From contig NC_067401.1 in the NCBI RefSeq assembly GCF_016432865.1, positions 208,940,001 to 209,004,000 on the forward strand: a stretch of 64,000 nucleotides of DNA, given 5' to 3'. Source of the stretch: Antechinus flavipes (lineage: Eukaryota). Shown piece after piece: positions 38,940-51,635 of the stretch (position 1 is the first letter of the stretch; each line of letters opens with the position of its first letter). The translations under genes were made by a program, and so were the position numbers. The notes beneath the pieces are model-generated. The model was given only the letters and a program-made list of their open reading frames with translations. It was not told where the DNA came from and did no database searches.

Positions 38940-39182
38940 ATATAATTCTACTATTATTATTAATGATAAGAAGAAAAAGCCTTGCTATAGTATTTTAAGG
39001 ATTTCATGCTGCTTTATAAATATTATTTCATTTGATTCTTACCAGAACCCTGGGAAGTAGGTGCTATTATTATACCCATTTTACAGATGAGAAAACTGAG
39101 GAAGAAATATCGTCAGGCAAGATGTGAGCTCAGGTTTTCTGCATTCCAAGCCCTGTACTCTGTCCACTGTGCCATCTAGCTG
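38940..39182 (-). mobile_element. MIR
   Basis: tcatttgattcttaccagaaccctgggaagtaggtgctattattatacccattttacagatgagaaaactgagg. Confidence 0.9.
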
Positions 39183-39699
39183 ATCTAAAAACTATCTCCT
39201 TTTCGGGATAACTGTGAAAAAGCAGTGATGGGAATCTGAGAAACACTCAGAGGAGTGTCTAGGCTTAAGGCCAAGGGACTGATGAGTTTTCATTTATGTG
39301 TTCTTGGTTCGGGAGTGATCTCAATCATCCACCTGTCCTGCCTTCAGAAAGGAAAACATGAAAGAATGTTGGATGGTAGCCATTAAAAGATGTATGTTCA
39401 CAAGGGAGGAGACATGCCAGGAGGTTCTAAGATGAATCATAGAAACAATCAGTTAGAAAGGACCTTAAAGGCTGTCCTAGGCAGGTGGTCATCCAGGTCT
39501 TGCTCCAGTGCTTCTGGTGATGGGGATCTCCCTATATGACGATGCAGCTCATTCCATTTTTAATGGCTGTAATTATTATAATATTCTTCCTTATTTATGT
39601 TGGGCCTAAATCTACTTCCTTATTATTTCTACCCACTTGTTCTAAGTTTGTTTTCTGCAACTACATAATCTAATCCCTCTACCCATCTCCTCATCCCTT

Positions 39700-40010
39700 C
39701 TCCTGTCTTGTGACTTTGTACGAGCTGTCCCTAATGTCTGGAAGGGACCCCTTTCCTGCTTGTAGAATTCCTTATTTCTTTCAAAACTCAGCTCATCTTC
39801 CTATATATGAAGTCTTTCCTGAATGTCCCCAACTGCTGGTTCTCTCCCTTCCAAAAATACCTCATATTTATTTTATATTTGTCCTGTAAGCATCTATATG
39901 AGTATGTGGTGTCTCTAAAAATAGAATGTTAGTTCTCTGAGAGCAAGGGTGATTCCATTTTTGTCTTTCTATCACTGTAGGTACCTAATAAATGAATATT
40001 GATTGATTGC
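39700..40010 (+). mobile_element. L2 3' fragment inserted in the L3
   Basis: aaactcagctc...gaagtctttcctga...tagaatgttagttctctgagagcaaggg...gtaggtacctaataaatg. Confidence 0.8.
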
Positions 40011-40489
40011 TCTGATAGTCCTTTAGATATTCAATTCAGAATTATTAAGCATTTGTTGTGTCTAGAGACTTATGGCAGGAATTAAGATACAGATCAATAA
40101 TGAATATTTAAATAGAGCATCATAACCTCCTTAATCCCCCCCCAAAATATCTTTTATTGGCTGAATATTTCTGGTTTTATCAACTGTTTCTCACATGATA
40201 GGATATCCAAACACTTTGTCATTCTGCCATATCTATAGCTATATTCTTTGTTGATGTCTTTTCTAAACTGTGATGTCCATAACTGGTCAGAGCATCCCAG
40301 ACGTGGGCTGTCCCAGACAGAGAATAGTGGAACCACTTTATTTTTTACTTAAGTCATTATATTTTTTGGTTAGTGCAGAGTACCAGATTTTTTGAAAGGA
40401 CAATAGACATAATAATATCATCAGAAACTCCTGGATCTTATAAAAACTGTTGTTAACTTTAGTTTTTTTTATCCTTTGCTTGTGCAGAT

Positions 40490-40790
40490 TAATTTTTTTT
40501 AATTTATTGATGCTTCTTTAAAAATCATAGTTATTTTTGCCTTTCCTTGAAGCCTATCTTTTAATAAAGCAAAATGGTTTAATAAAGCCTGACCAACAAA
40601 GTGATTGTCTATGCTAAATCCTACACCCATTGGCCCTGATCTCTTTCCCCAAATAAGAGAAATTTGTGTCATCATCTGTTTTCTGAGACTGTGATTGGTG
40701 CAGCTTAATTTTGGACCCTGAGTGTATTTGCATTTCTGCTTAGTGCATTTTATCTTGTTGATCTGACTCCATTGTTCCAGACAGATAATT
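40490..40790 (-). mobile_element. Old L1 3' end
   Basis: tttttttaatttattgatgc T-tail; tcatcatctgttttctgagactgtgattgg. Confidence 0.55.
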
Positions 40791-42162
40791 CTTAATTTTT
40801 AACAAGAAATTTAATAAATATTAGCAGGCCACTGTATGTAGAAGGTAGTATTTCTTGCTAGAGAAGATACAGTTTAGCTAAAATGTGGTTGTCAGAAGTA
40901 GTATGAAGGCTGAATTAGAATGTGGGGGGTATTAAATGGTACTTGTTTGGAAGACATAAATGTAAGGGAGTCATTGCGATAGTTCAGATTGGTCAAAATG
41001 AAAGAGTATGATAAGCATAGTATGGTAGTGGCAGTGGGAATAGAGAAAAAGGGACAGAGGAAAAAATGATGTTGTGGGTGTGGAATTAGTAACACAATTC
41101 CTGTCATCTTTCTCATGAAAAACGCTATTACTATCAGTGCCCTACTAAAAAAACAAAACAAAAAAAAAAAAAAAACAAACCAAAAACACAAATAAACCAA
41201 ACAAATGAATGGCTCTACTGCCCACTGAAAACAACTCTAATTTTTTTGTTGAAGGCCTTTCAAAATAGAACTTCATATTACCTCTGTAACCTTATTTCAT
41301 ATCCATTTTTGTCATGTGGTTCCAGCCAAACTCTATTACTTGTCATCTTTGAAAGAGTTTTTTCTTTTCCCCCCTACCTTTTTGTGTTTCTTCATTCCAT
41401 TTCCTTGTAGTTATTTGTCTACCTGTCTGTCTGTATATCTATCTGTCTATCTACAAGAACTGATCTGTCTATCAAGGCCTGGATCAGGGGTCATTTAGCT
41501 TTGAAACAGAACTTTCTCTGTCTCTCTTTCTTTCTCTTTCTCCTCTTCCCTCTCTTTTTCCCTCCCTCTTGCCCTCTCTCCCCTTTCCTCCCACATCATT
41601 TTTATTCTTTATTAACGTATTCCTCCATTCATATTGTGAATAGACCTACTTTAAACCTGATCTAATCACAAACCTTCAGTGTCACTACATTGATTTCAGT
41701 AAGATCCTCTTCTCTTTCTTCCTCATAGAGATATTTTGTTATTGTGTTGATGAAATATTGTTTTGTTTTTTTTTTTTGGAGAGTCTTGTCCCTCTTCCCT
41801 TTTTAAAGGTCTCCAGCCATAATATCATAACTAACTTTTCTCTAAAATTTGAAAAATGCTTCCCTAAAATATAGAGACAAAGTAACATAGAACTATTTGA
41901 GCTGGGAGATACCATGGGAAATTTTATAGTCCAACCTCCTTTGTTTTTCAGAAGAGGAAACTGAGGCTCAAAGTGATCAAGTGATGTGCCCAACAACATA
42001 CATATGTGGTAGATGAAATTTGCAAAGCCAGCACTCTTTTCACATTACACGGTTCCATTTTCTTATCAAGCCCATCATTCTCTTCTTTTAACTCCAAGAT
42101 GACCTAGTCACTTTTTCCCATGGTTACCATTACTATGATTTTTTCCAACTAGTAAATCACAG

Positions 42163-42385
42163 GGTCACAGAGTTTCAGAGTTGGAAAAGACTTTAGCAGA
42201 CACCTACTCTTACCTAAACCCCTAAAGAAATCCCCATTATGACAAACCTGACAAGTAGTGTTCTAACCTTTGCTTAAATAGCTCCAGGGAGAAGGAACAT
42301 AATATCTTCCAAGGCAGGACCTTCTGCTCTGGGATAGGTAAGTTAGTAGGAAGTTTTTCTGGATGTAACCCTAAATTTTCCAAAG
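42163..42385 (-). mobile_element. L3 3' end fragment (second insertion)
   Basis: tcacagagtttcagagttggaaaagac...tcttccaaggcag...gttagtaggaagtttttc. Confidence 0.7.
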
Positions 42386-44299
42386 AAAATTCTTTTCCTC
42401 TGATTAAGTTTCCCAAGAAATGGAAGGCAGTAGTATATTAAATCCATGTGAGATTCCCTAGGGAGTTTCAGAACTATTCATCTTAAACAATAATTCATTC
42501 CTCCTACATGGTCTCTAAGGAGTCTATTTTGCATACGGAGCCTTGGGGTCTTTAAAATACAGAAGAAGGAAATAAGGCTTATGGAAACAGCTTTATACTC
42601 TGAGTATAAAGCTACTGTTTGCTTATTCTCATCATGATTCCTTTTCTGTTGAGATCTTGAGATATTCCACCTAGATGTTCTCTTTTTCTTCTTCTCTATG
42701 GTTAGTTGGGATCGCACCATGCATCTGTATGATTACTTATTGCTATTGAATCAGGATTAAATACTAACATTAATTCTCTCATCTTTAAACTTTGTCTTTG
42801 AAGTCTTTAATAGAGTATAAGTTATGTTTGACTGTCAAAATACATCTTGCACAGCTGGCTAACCAATAACAACATTTTACGTGCTATGAACTAAACATGA
42901 GTATTGGTTTCAAATTAAGGTTATGTTCACAATGTGTTATTCAATACTTTTTCAAATTCAAAGGGCTCAATTCTATTCCCAGTAGCTTTGTTGTTCAAAA
43001 TTAAGTCCAGAGTAGCAGTTCCCTTTCTTACTTCTTCAGCTTTCAGAGAACTGAAAATATGGGCAAAAGAAGCTAAGAATTTATTAGATGTTCTATTTCT
43101 AGCATAAAAGTAACTGACCTTTATATAATTTTTTACAAAGTACTTTACATACGTATTTTATGAAGTAGGTACTACATATTATTATATTATTATTATCCTT
43201 ATTTTTACCAATGAGTAAACTAAGATCTGGAGAGAAAAAAAATTGCTTATAGTCCCAGTAAATGTTAGAGATGTGGTTTTTTAACCAAGCGTTTGAGACT
43301 CTAAGATCAAGCTTCTATGAACTAGGTCATGCTGCCTTCTAGCAAATATTTTGACAGTTGAAATTCCCATAACTTTTATATCTTGCTTTTGTATCGTTTT
43401 CATAAACTGTATTAACAAAGTATAATCTATGTCATCCTTCTGACTGGGTTGGCTCTATAATAATGATAAAAATCTCATTTCTCTTTCTCCTTTTAGGCTA
43501 ACCCAAATGTTCTCACCATATTTCTATTCTAATATTTGAGCCTTTCAACACAGATTTATATAGATATAGGTATATATCTGTATATATCTTTTTTTTAAAA
43601 AATATAGATTGCTATTACTTGATCATATTCTGTTACTTTAGTCTCTCTTTTAAAAAGGTGTATCTTTCCATGGTTTTTAAAAAAAATTATGAACTTGCCT
43701 CACCAAGTCTCCTTGAAGCCTTTATGACTGTATTTATTAGCTTGTATTAAGATGTCGAGTTCATTTGATTTTTTATTCATAGTCTTTGTGTTGGTATGTG
43801 GGTATTTTAAACTGTAGACATTCTTCCTGAACTCTGTCGATTTATTTTCTCTTGTAAACTACCGGCATTTCTTCTGCTATTGTTCTTTCAATGTGATACT
43901 TGTCCTCAGTAGTATCAAATTTAATAGTTTTATTCAGGCATTTTTCTCTTTCAGTATTCTTTGATATAAAGCCATCTTGATAAAGTTGGCAAGAATGCTG
44001 TGAAATGTATTTTGGTGGTTACCTTTATGAGCTCTGGGAAATGTCCATTCATCAGCCAAAGAAAATGAAGTTCTTCTTTACAAATGATAACATTATTTCT
44101 ATCCTTTACTTTATGTATTATAAAACTATATTCATTGTTTATAGTTAACAAAATGCTCTTGCTAGGATACTGGGATTCATTTTAAGAGTTTCTTCAAAAG
44201 ATGTTTTCTGGATCATTTCTATTACCATTCTTGATAATAGAAGGAATCCTTTTAAATATCACCTAAGTCAAACAGCTAGTTACCAGCAGAACTGGGACT

Positions 44300-45200
44300 G
44301 CATTAAGTATTATTATAGTCAGTGTTCTAAGTGTTAAGTGGAAGCAGCTAGATGGCTTAATGGATAGAGAGCACTGGGCCTGCAGTCAGGAAGCCCTGAA
44401 ATAAAATCTGGCCTCAGCCCCTAACTGTGTGACCCTGCACAAGTCACTTTGCCTCTGTTTGCCTTAATCCACTGAAGAAGGGAATGGCAAACCACTCCAG
44501 TATTTTTGCCAAGAAACCCCATATAGGGTCATAAAGAGTCGGACATGGGTAAACGACTGAAGAGCAACTACTAAGTGCTGAGGATACAGATGAAAAGAGA
44601 AAACAATAATGGATAGTATGTTAATATATAAGGACCTGTGTATCTAAGATGTATACATTAAAGTAGATACAGAGTAAGTAAAAAGGAATATGCTAGCTTC
44701 TGTGGGGACCAGGCAGGTCTCCTGCTGAAGGTGACATTTGAGCTGAATTTTGAAGGAAGCCATAAGAGTTGGAGGTGAGAAGAGAGAAGATTCCAGTGCA
44801 AAGTTATGGAATTTGGAGATCTCTGGGTGTTTTGTGTGAGGAACAGTGAGAGGCCAGAATGTCTGGCATGGAGGAGAATAAGGTGTAATAAGACTGGAAA
44901 GATAGGAAGGGCCCAGGTTATGAAGAATTTAAATGTCCAACAGAAGCTCTTATATTAGATCTCCAGTAACAGGAAGCTATTGGAATTTATTGAGAAGTGA
45001 GGAGATGCTGATGTCAGACCTGCATTTTTTTAAAGTCATTTTGTCAACTAGATGGAAGATGAATTAGAGTGGGGAGAGGCTTGAGGAAGGAAAACCAGTT
45101 AAGAGACGGTTGCAATAATTCAGGATAGAGGTGACAAGGATATGAATCGGAGTAGTATGTGTATGACTAGAAAGAAGGAGACTATCTGAGAAAAGACTCC
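44300..45200 (-). mobile_element. L2 fragment interrupted by MAR1
   Basis: ctaagtgctgaggatacag...gaaggtgacatttgagctg...aggaagctattggaattt...tcagacctgcattt. Confidence 0.8.
44341..44571 (+). mobile_element. MAR1 marsupial CORE-SINE (BovB/RTE tail), full length, probable TSD taagtg
   Basis: Head gcagctagatgg..tggatagag, tail aatggcaaaccactccagtatttttgccaagaaaccc...gagtcggac. taagtg occurs at 44335-40 and 44572-77. Confidence 0.9.
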
Positions 45201-45218
45201 AATCTTAATCTCCTATTA

Positions 45219-45360
45219 CTTTTTTTTGAATGAAGCAATTAGGGGTTAAATGACTTTGCCAGGGTCAGCTAGTAAGTGTCAGTATCTGAGATTGGAATTG
45301 AACTCAGGTCCTCCTGACTCTTGGGCAGGTACTGTCTCCTCTGCATCACCTAACTGCTCC
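45219..45360 (-). mobile_element. WSINE1-like SINE
   Basis: T-tail, gcaattaggggttaaatgact...gaactcaggtcctcctgactc...cacctaactgctcc. Confidence 0.75.
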
Positions 45361-47311
45361 ACTTTAATCTAATTCTTAATCCAATATTATTTCCATTTTA
45401 TTACCCTTTGGAGCTATCTATATGTTTGGAGATAATGTTTTATGATGCCAAAAAAGAGCTGAAGGTCTGTGTAAAATTCATTTTGAAATATCAGTACTTG
45501 GACATTTGGTGGTAGCTGGGAAGACAGTGGCAGGAATAGAATTTAACTTGATATAGTTTCTGTGGTGAAATGCATGGTCAGAACTCTCTCCACTTTCAAA
45601 TGGGGATTGCTTTCAAGTGAGGATTGATGGATGTGTGTGTGTAACAATAATATGATGGGGATTTCTAACATAGGAAATTGTGAAACCACTTTTCTCAATT
45701 GAGTTCATTGGCTTTCTCTGATCTGGGTGAAATTTAAGATAGCTGCCCTCAAACACTGACTTTTGTGTTAAGTTCCAGCCACTTTGATAGGCCTAAGAAA
45801 CCTCAGATGCCTCCTCAGTGGTTCCTGCTTTGAGATGCACGGAGATGTTGGGATCCAAAGAGGGAGAACCCAGGGACTCCCGACTCCCCCAAACGCGAGA
45901 GCCCCTCGCAGCAGAGGCACCAGGCTGTGGAAGAAAACAATAGCTCTTGATATTTCGTGTTCCACAGAAGCTTACCTGGCAGTGTGAACAGGAAGGAGCT
46001 GTTTGTGTGTTAGTTTAGGCCTTGCCCCTGCTGACTTGTTTCAGCCCATCTCTGCATGAAGCTCAGCACCATGTGCATGATATGCCCTGTTGTGAGTCTT
46101 ACGAAAGCAGCCCTTTCTTCACACCCACACATGCATAACAAAAATGTTTGCAAAAGGAGGACTGCTATTAGTAATCACTGAATTTTCAAGTATAGCCTTT
46201 AAAAAAACTGAACCTTTGTAAAGCTTTCTGGCAGCTTGACGACTTACCCCTCCCCTAAACCTATTATTGTTTTATTATTATTATTATAATATGAGAATTT
46301 TCCTCTTCCTTTTCTTTTCTTCTCTATTTCATCTTCCTCCTCCTTCTTCATCTCTTTTTCCTTCTCTTCCTCCATCTTTTCATCTCTCTGTACCTCCTCC
46401 TTAAGTATAATCATCCTGTTCTGTTAGGGAGCTTTCCCCCTTAAATTTCTGATTTCTGCTCTGCTTGCTCCGTGCTTGATAGCGAGACAAACATACAGGC
46501 TTTAAAGAAATTATCCTGGGGAAGTTATTCAGATAGTACAGTGCTCTGGGAGGTTTCTCGTGCACTTTGGCCTTTTAGTCACAGAAAGCTGTGACTTCTT
46601 ATGACACTGTGCAGACTTTCTAGCTCCTTACCAAGGGGTTGAACGTCATGAGATCCATAACCTACCTGAAGGGGAAAATTTTATTATCTTACTGTAGATT
46701 TCATCTGAAGAAATGCTAGCTTCCACTTAAAGGTGAGCCCTGATGCAAAGCCGTCTGCAGCGTACCGAAATCCTCCTCTCCCTTCCCCCAATTAATATTT
46801 ACTGACTCCCCCTCCCCGGCACATTGCTAGGTAGTGTAGCCGGCCTATAGCATTTTATAGAGTGGGAAGCAGATGCAGTCATTGCCTTCATGAAGGGCTG
46901 GTGGCGGAAACACACAAAAAGACTGACTTTTAAAGAGACTCATGTTTGTGCTCCTGTGGTTTCTTTCAAGAAACCCTTTCCTCGCAGATTTTTTTTTTAA
47001 GCATAAGTGTATTCTTTGAAGATTCTTACTTAAGAAGATTTAACAATGCATCATTCCATATTGCTTTGTGTCAAATTGTTTCATGTTAACATGTTTCATG
47101 TCCAGTCTCCCATGCACACTGTAAACTCTCTGAGGTCTAGGGCCATGTCTATTATTTCTTTTGTTTTTCCCCCATATCATCTACCACAGTTAGTGGTTCG
47201 GAATACACAGAATCGATTGACTCACAGAGATGGCCTATGAAAATCTCACCCTTTGTAAGACTTAAGAACTTGAAATATGCCTATTAGGAGCTTGGAAAGA
47301 GAGACTTTAGT

Positions 47312-47497
47312 CAGAGATTTTTAACCTAGGGTTCACAGACAGATTTTGGGGGGAGTATCTGTGAACTTAGCAATTTTAATAGTTTGGTGGTTTTATTTTA
47401 GTAGAATTGATTTTATTTGATACATTTAAGATATTATTCTGAGGAGTCCATAGGCTTTACCAGACGGCAGAGGGGAAAAAAGATTTAAGAACCCCTT
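47312..47497. mobile_element. hAT-Charlie MITE (~185 bp)
   Basis: Degenerate TIRs cagagatttttaacc and ttaagaacccctt; right flank GTCTAGAC is a canonical hAT target. Confidence 0.7.
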
Positions 47498-48487
47498 GTC
47501 TAGACTGATCTAATCACTCGTGAGAAGAGTATAAGTTTCTTAAATTCTGTAATTGTTTAGAAATCATAGCTCTGTTTGGTAGCTGGGTCCACAGAAAATT
47601 TCAAGAGCACAGATGATGTCAAAAGATTCTTTAAAGAACTAATTATGTTCCCTCTCCGTGGTTTTCAAAAAATTTCTTTCTGAGACAAAGAAGAGGAAAT
47701 TAAGTTGAATTTTTGACAACTATCTTTCTGCTTTAAAGAGAGGTTGCTGGTTTCTTCTGTAAGGGGACACTAGTAAAACTCAAGGGCCCAGCAGGTGACT
47801 TACATTTGGGTATTAGAGATGTTAGAGAGTATTAGAGCTGGAAGCGACCTTATAAATTTATAATATAGATAAACTAGTCCTACCTACTCATTTTACAGAT
47901 GAAAGAATAGCTGTCCAAAGAAGGATAACAGGATTATAAGTCTAGAGTTGGGAAAGGACTTCAAAGGCCATGCAGTCCAATCTTTGCTTTTTACAGGGGA
48001 AGTGAGACCCAAAGTGGAGAGGGGGCTTGCCTAGAGCTATAACAGCTGATAGATAGCAGAACTGGGATTTAGACTGAGAACTTTCCATTAGGACATATTT
48101 CTGTGTATCTCTGGCAATAATGGTAGTTTAAATGCTTATTTGGGTTGCTATTTTCTAATTTGTTCTATGCTCATTATCAATAAAGAGAGCTGAGGAACGA
48201 GGCATTGTTTTGACCATTTAGTCATTTTAAAATCAATAACATCCTGCCTCAGACTTAACAAAAAAAAAAATTTACCTCCTTTTCCTGAAAAGAAAAAATA
48301 ATTCTTAACACTACTTATTATATTGTTCTTTACCTTCTCCTGGAATAATATTTTCTCTTGAAAATCTGGCTATTTTCTTTCAAGTTTTTTTGTTATGTAT
48401 TAAAATTGTTAATACATAATGATTTTATGTATTACAATTATAATACATAATACAAAACTCATCTCCTTCCATTCTTTTTTGGTGACA

Positions 48488-48750
48488 AAAGACTGTATTC
48501 AAATTCTGCCTCAGAGACTTACTAGCTATATAACTCTTTAGAGGCCACTTATCAACTCTCTACCTCGGTTTTTTCCTCTGTTAAAATGAGAATAGTAGCA
48601 CCTATCCTTCCAGAGTTGATCCCCATATCAAATGGGAAAACATGTGTAAAATACTTTGCAAACTTTAAAGCCCCATATAAATGTAAGGTATCACCATCAT
48701 CATTAGCATCATCACTATTTTCATCACCATCACCACCATCATCATCAATA
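48488..48750 (+). mobile_element. MIR with (CAT/CAC)n tail
   Basis: ttcaaattctgcctcagagacttactagc...cctctgttaaaatgagaata...gtaaaatactttgcaaacttt. Confidence 0.85.
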
Positions 48751-49266
48751 CGTCTAGGGTCCTTTGTTTCTTTCTATCGCCTCATCCTTTTTCTGTGCTT
48801 TTATATATAACATCTTGTTCTTCAGGGCTCTCAGGAGTTTGTGCCAAAAACCAACCCTTTAAAGTGTACATGTAACGTGTATCTCTAAACTACATAATTA
48901 ATATAGACAAGCTTTTCTACTTTCCAGATTTTTTTAAGGCACAACCAAAGTACCACCTTTTACAAGAAGCCTTTCCTAATCATCTCAGGTCATGATGATG
49001 TCTTCCTTATGAAATGACTTTGCAGATATTTCCTCTTTATCTCTGTTAATGTTGTGACTTTTAGGAGGATGCAGATTCCTCAAGGCCAAAGACATTTGCT
49101 TTTGCTTTTAAGAAGGAAAGAGATAATAGGGTAAAAAGGTGGCAGTATGGCACAGTGAACAGTACCCAATCATCCCACAGCTTTGTAGCCTTTTGAATTA
49201 TTTGTGCCTACTTCAGTGTCTTATCCATAATATATGCTTAATAAATGTAATAAATGTTGGTGCAAT

Positions 49267-49508
49267 TGTTGTTGTTGAGTTATTTAGTTATGTCCAATTA
49301 GGTCCATGGGGTTTTCTTGGCAAAGATACTGGAATGGTTTGCCACTTCCTTTTCCATATATTCCATTTTACAGATTAGAATTGAGGCAAATAAGGGTTAA
49401 GTGATTTGTTCAAATTCACATAGCTAGTAAGCATCTGAGACCAGATTTGAACTAAGATCCTCCTGACTTCAAGTGAGTACTCTATCCACTATACTATCTA
49501 GCTGCCCT
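49267..49508 (-). mobile_element. MAR1 CORE-SINE
   Basis: gttgttgttgag...ggttttcttggcaaagatactggaatggtttgcca...ctctatccact..actatctagctgcccc. Confidence 0.9.
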
Positions 49509-49796
49509 TAAGGGAATGGAGATATAGCTATTTATACATTTCTTCGTATCAGTGAAAACATAAAATTGTGACAGTATTGAACAATGTATAATTTATTTTT
49601 CAGGTGAGATCAAAAGAGCTTTGAGTGAGTTTGGGACCCAAACCTCTTAAATACAAAGCCATGGTCCTTTCCATTATGAGAAGAATTTTTAAATTCTCAA
49701 TAAATTCTTTAGAAGTTGGTGGAGTTCTACATCCTTATGAGCCTTTCTGTATTCCCCAATTTAGCCCTCTCTTTTTTTCCCATTTTATTTTATTTT

Positions 49797-50419
49797 TTGA
49801 TTTATTTTATTTTTAACTTATTAATAGCTTTTTATTTTTTTCAAATCCATGCAAAGATAGTTTTCAACATTCACCTTTGCAAAACCTTGTGCTCTAATTT
49901 CTTCTCCTTCCTCCCTCCATAGACAGCAAGCATTCAATATAGATTAAACATGTGCAGTTCTTCTAAACTTATTTCCATATTTCCATGTTGCACAAGAAAA
50001 ATTAGATCAAAAAGAGAAAGAAAAAACATAAGCAAACAAACAACAACAAACGTGAAACTACTATGCTTTGATTCACATTCATTTTCCATAGTTCTCTCTC
50101 TGGATGCAAATAGCTTATTACATCACAGTCTATTGGAATTGACCTGAATCACCTCATTGTTGAAAAGAGCCAAGTCTCAAAATTAATCATCACATAATCT
50201 TGCTGTTGCCATGTACAATGGTCTCCTGGTCCTGCTCATTTAACTTAGCATCAGTTCGTGTAAGTCTCTTCAGGCTTTTCTGAAATCAGCCTGCTCATCT
50301 TTTTTTTTTTTTTAATAGAACAATAATATTCCATACCATTCATATGCCATAATTTATTCAGCTATTCCCCATCTGATGGGCATGCACTCAATTTCTAGTT
50401 CCTCGCCACCACAAAATAC
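49797..50419 (-). mobile_element. Marsupial L1 3' end (L1_Mars-like, 5'-truncated)
   Basis: T-rich tail, ttttcaacattcacc, gcatcagttcgtgtaagtctc, gaacaataatattccatacc...ccccatctgatgggcat. Confidence 0.85.
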
Positions 50420-51179
50420 AGCTCCTCTTTTTTAAAGGTTGCAGCTGCTTACAAAGAAACTTTGTGACTTAAAGGTGTCACAGTCTCACCTCAGTGTCTA
50501 TCCCCAGGTCCAATTAGATCAGGGTATTTGAGTTACATCTTTTCTCTGAGAAACAAACCGAGGATGAAGGACCTTTCTACCTAAGAGGAAGGAGGGGGAA
50601 GGGATTTTAGGGAGAGGTAATGACATTCAGGCACACCCAGAAACAAATCAATCAATTTAATTAAAGGAAGGATTATATTTGCTGCCTAGAACATTAGACA
50701 ATGAGACAGAGACTGAAACTTCAGTTTCCTGTTTGTTAATAGTCTATCAACAGAATTCACTGTCAGTGTGACATAGATCTTAGTTCTCTGCCCTGTCCCT
50801 GTCAGTGACCTCAACTGATTAGAGAAAAATCGAAGAAGCATCTTTATCACTTGTCTTGACTCATCCCAGTTCTTTAAAAAAGATTTTTGGTTTCCTCAGT
50901 TCTTCAGGAAGCTGAGACCACAAAGCTTTTGATAGTGCAGGTTAAGATGAATTTTTCCTATCTTCAGAACTAGTTTTTTTAAATAGCAAATATGCTATAC
51001 TTATATAGTAGGAGGATGCCATATAACAGAGTTTTAATGTTGCTTAGAGATCTTTAATGTTATTTAATAATGTTGGGTTATAGTGAATGAACAAAGGCAA
51101 TAGCTTTTAAAACATTGAGTTATATTGCCTTTATTTGACATTATTTTTTCTAATTCTAAACCTTTTCCATTCTTCATTA

Positions 51180-51372
51180 AGTTGGTATCTTCCTTTTCAG
51201 ATCATCTCCAAATTTATCTTGCATATCTCTTGTTTGTACACACTTGTTTTTATGTTGTTTTCCCTCTAGATTATAAGGTTCTTGAAGGCAGGGACTATTT
51301 TTGTCTCTTTTTTTGTATCATTGGCCCTTAGCCTGGTACAGAGTAGGTACATAATAAATTCTTGGTGATGAT
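51180..51372 (+). mobile_element. L2 3' end
   Basis: ctagattataaggttcttgaaggcagggact...cctggtacagagtaggtacataataaat. Confidence 0.85.
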
Positions 51373-51440
51373 TTTGATCTGAAGTTAGGGCACAGACAAA
51401 GAAGGAAAACATGGCATAAGCATTTAAAAATTCATAGCTT

Positions 51441-51635
51441 GTTATTGTTCTTGAAAAGGACCATGATATTAGAAACGTGAATTGGATTTAAGTGAGGAAA
51501 GACTGTACAATGTGACCAACCTTACTTTCTTCTCCATCTGGTTCCAGTGGTCAGATATAGAAGAGGATGACTGGAAGTGGCCTTGGATGCAGTGGGGGAC
51601 TTTAGCCTTTTTAAGTTAAGGTCTTCAATAGGCTC
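51441..51635 (-). mobile_element. Marsupial RTE-tailed SINE-like repeat (same family as 7445-7643)
   Basis: cttgaaaaggaccatga...aattggatttaagtgagg...ccatctggttccagtggtcagatatag...ggatgcagtgggggactttagcc. Confidence 0.7.

Larger units (their letters stand above)
39435..43810 (-). mobile_element. Fragmented ancient L3/CR1 LINE extending from the 3' end to the ORF2 endonuclease N-terminus, interrupted by L2, L1, MIR and another L3 end
   Basis: 3' end at 39435-39685, continuation at 40140-40335. Minus-strand MGKSD*VILEL (42121-42089) and LKYPHTNTKTMNKKSNELDILIQANKYSHKGFKETW* (43810-43700) resemble CR1 APE motifs. Confidence 0.65.

Noticed and set aside
43951-44151. Minus-strand ORF containing HFPELIK, resembling L1 ORF1p ENFPEL
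   Set aside because: The match is too short to assign; it may be decayed LINE ORF1 next to the L3 fossil, and is not a functional gene.
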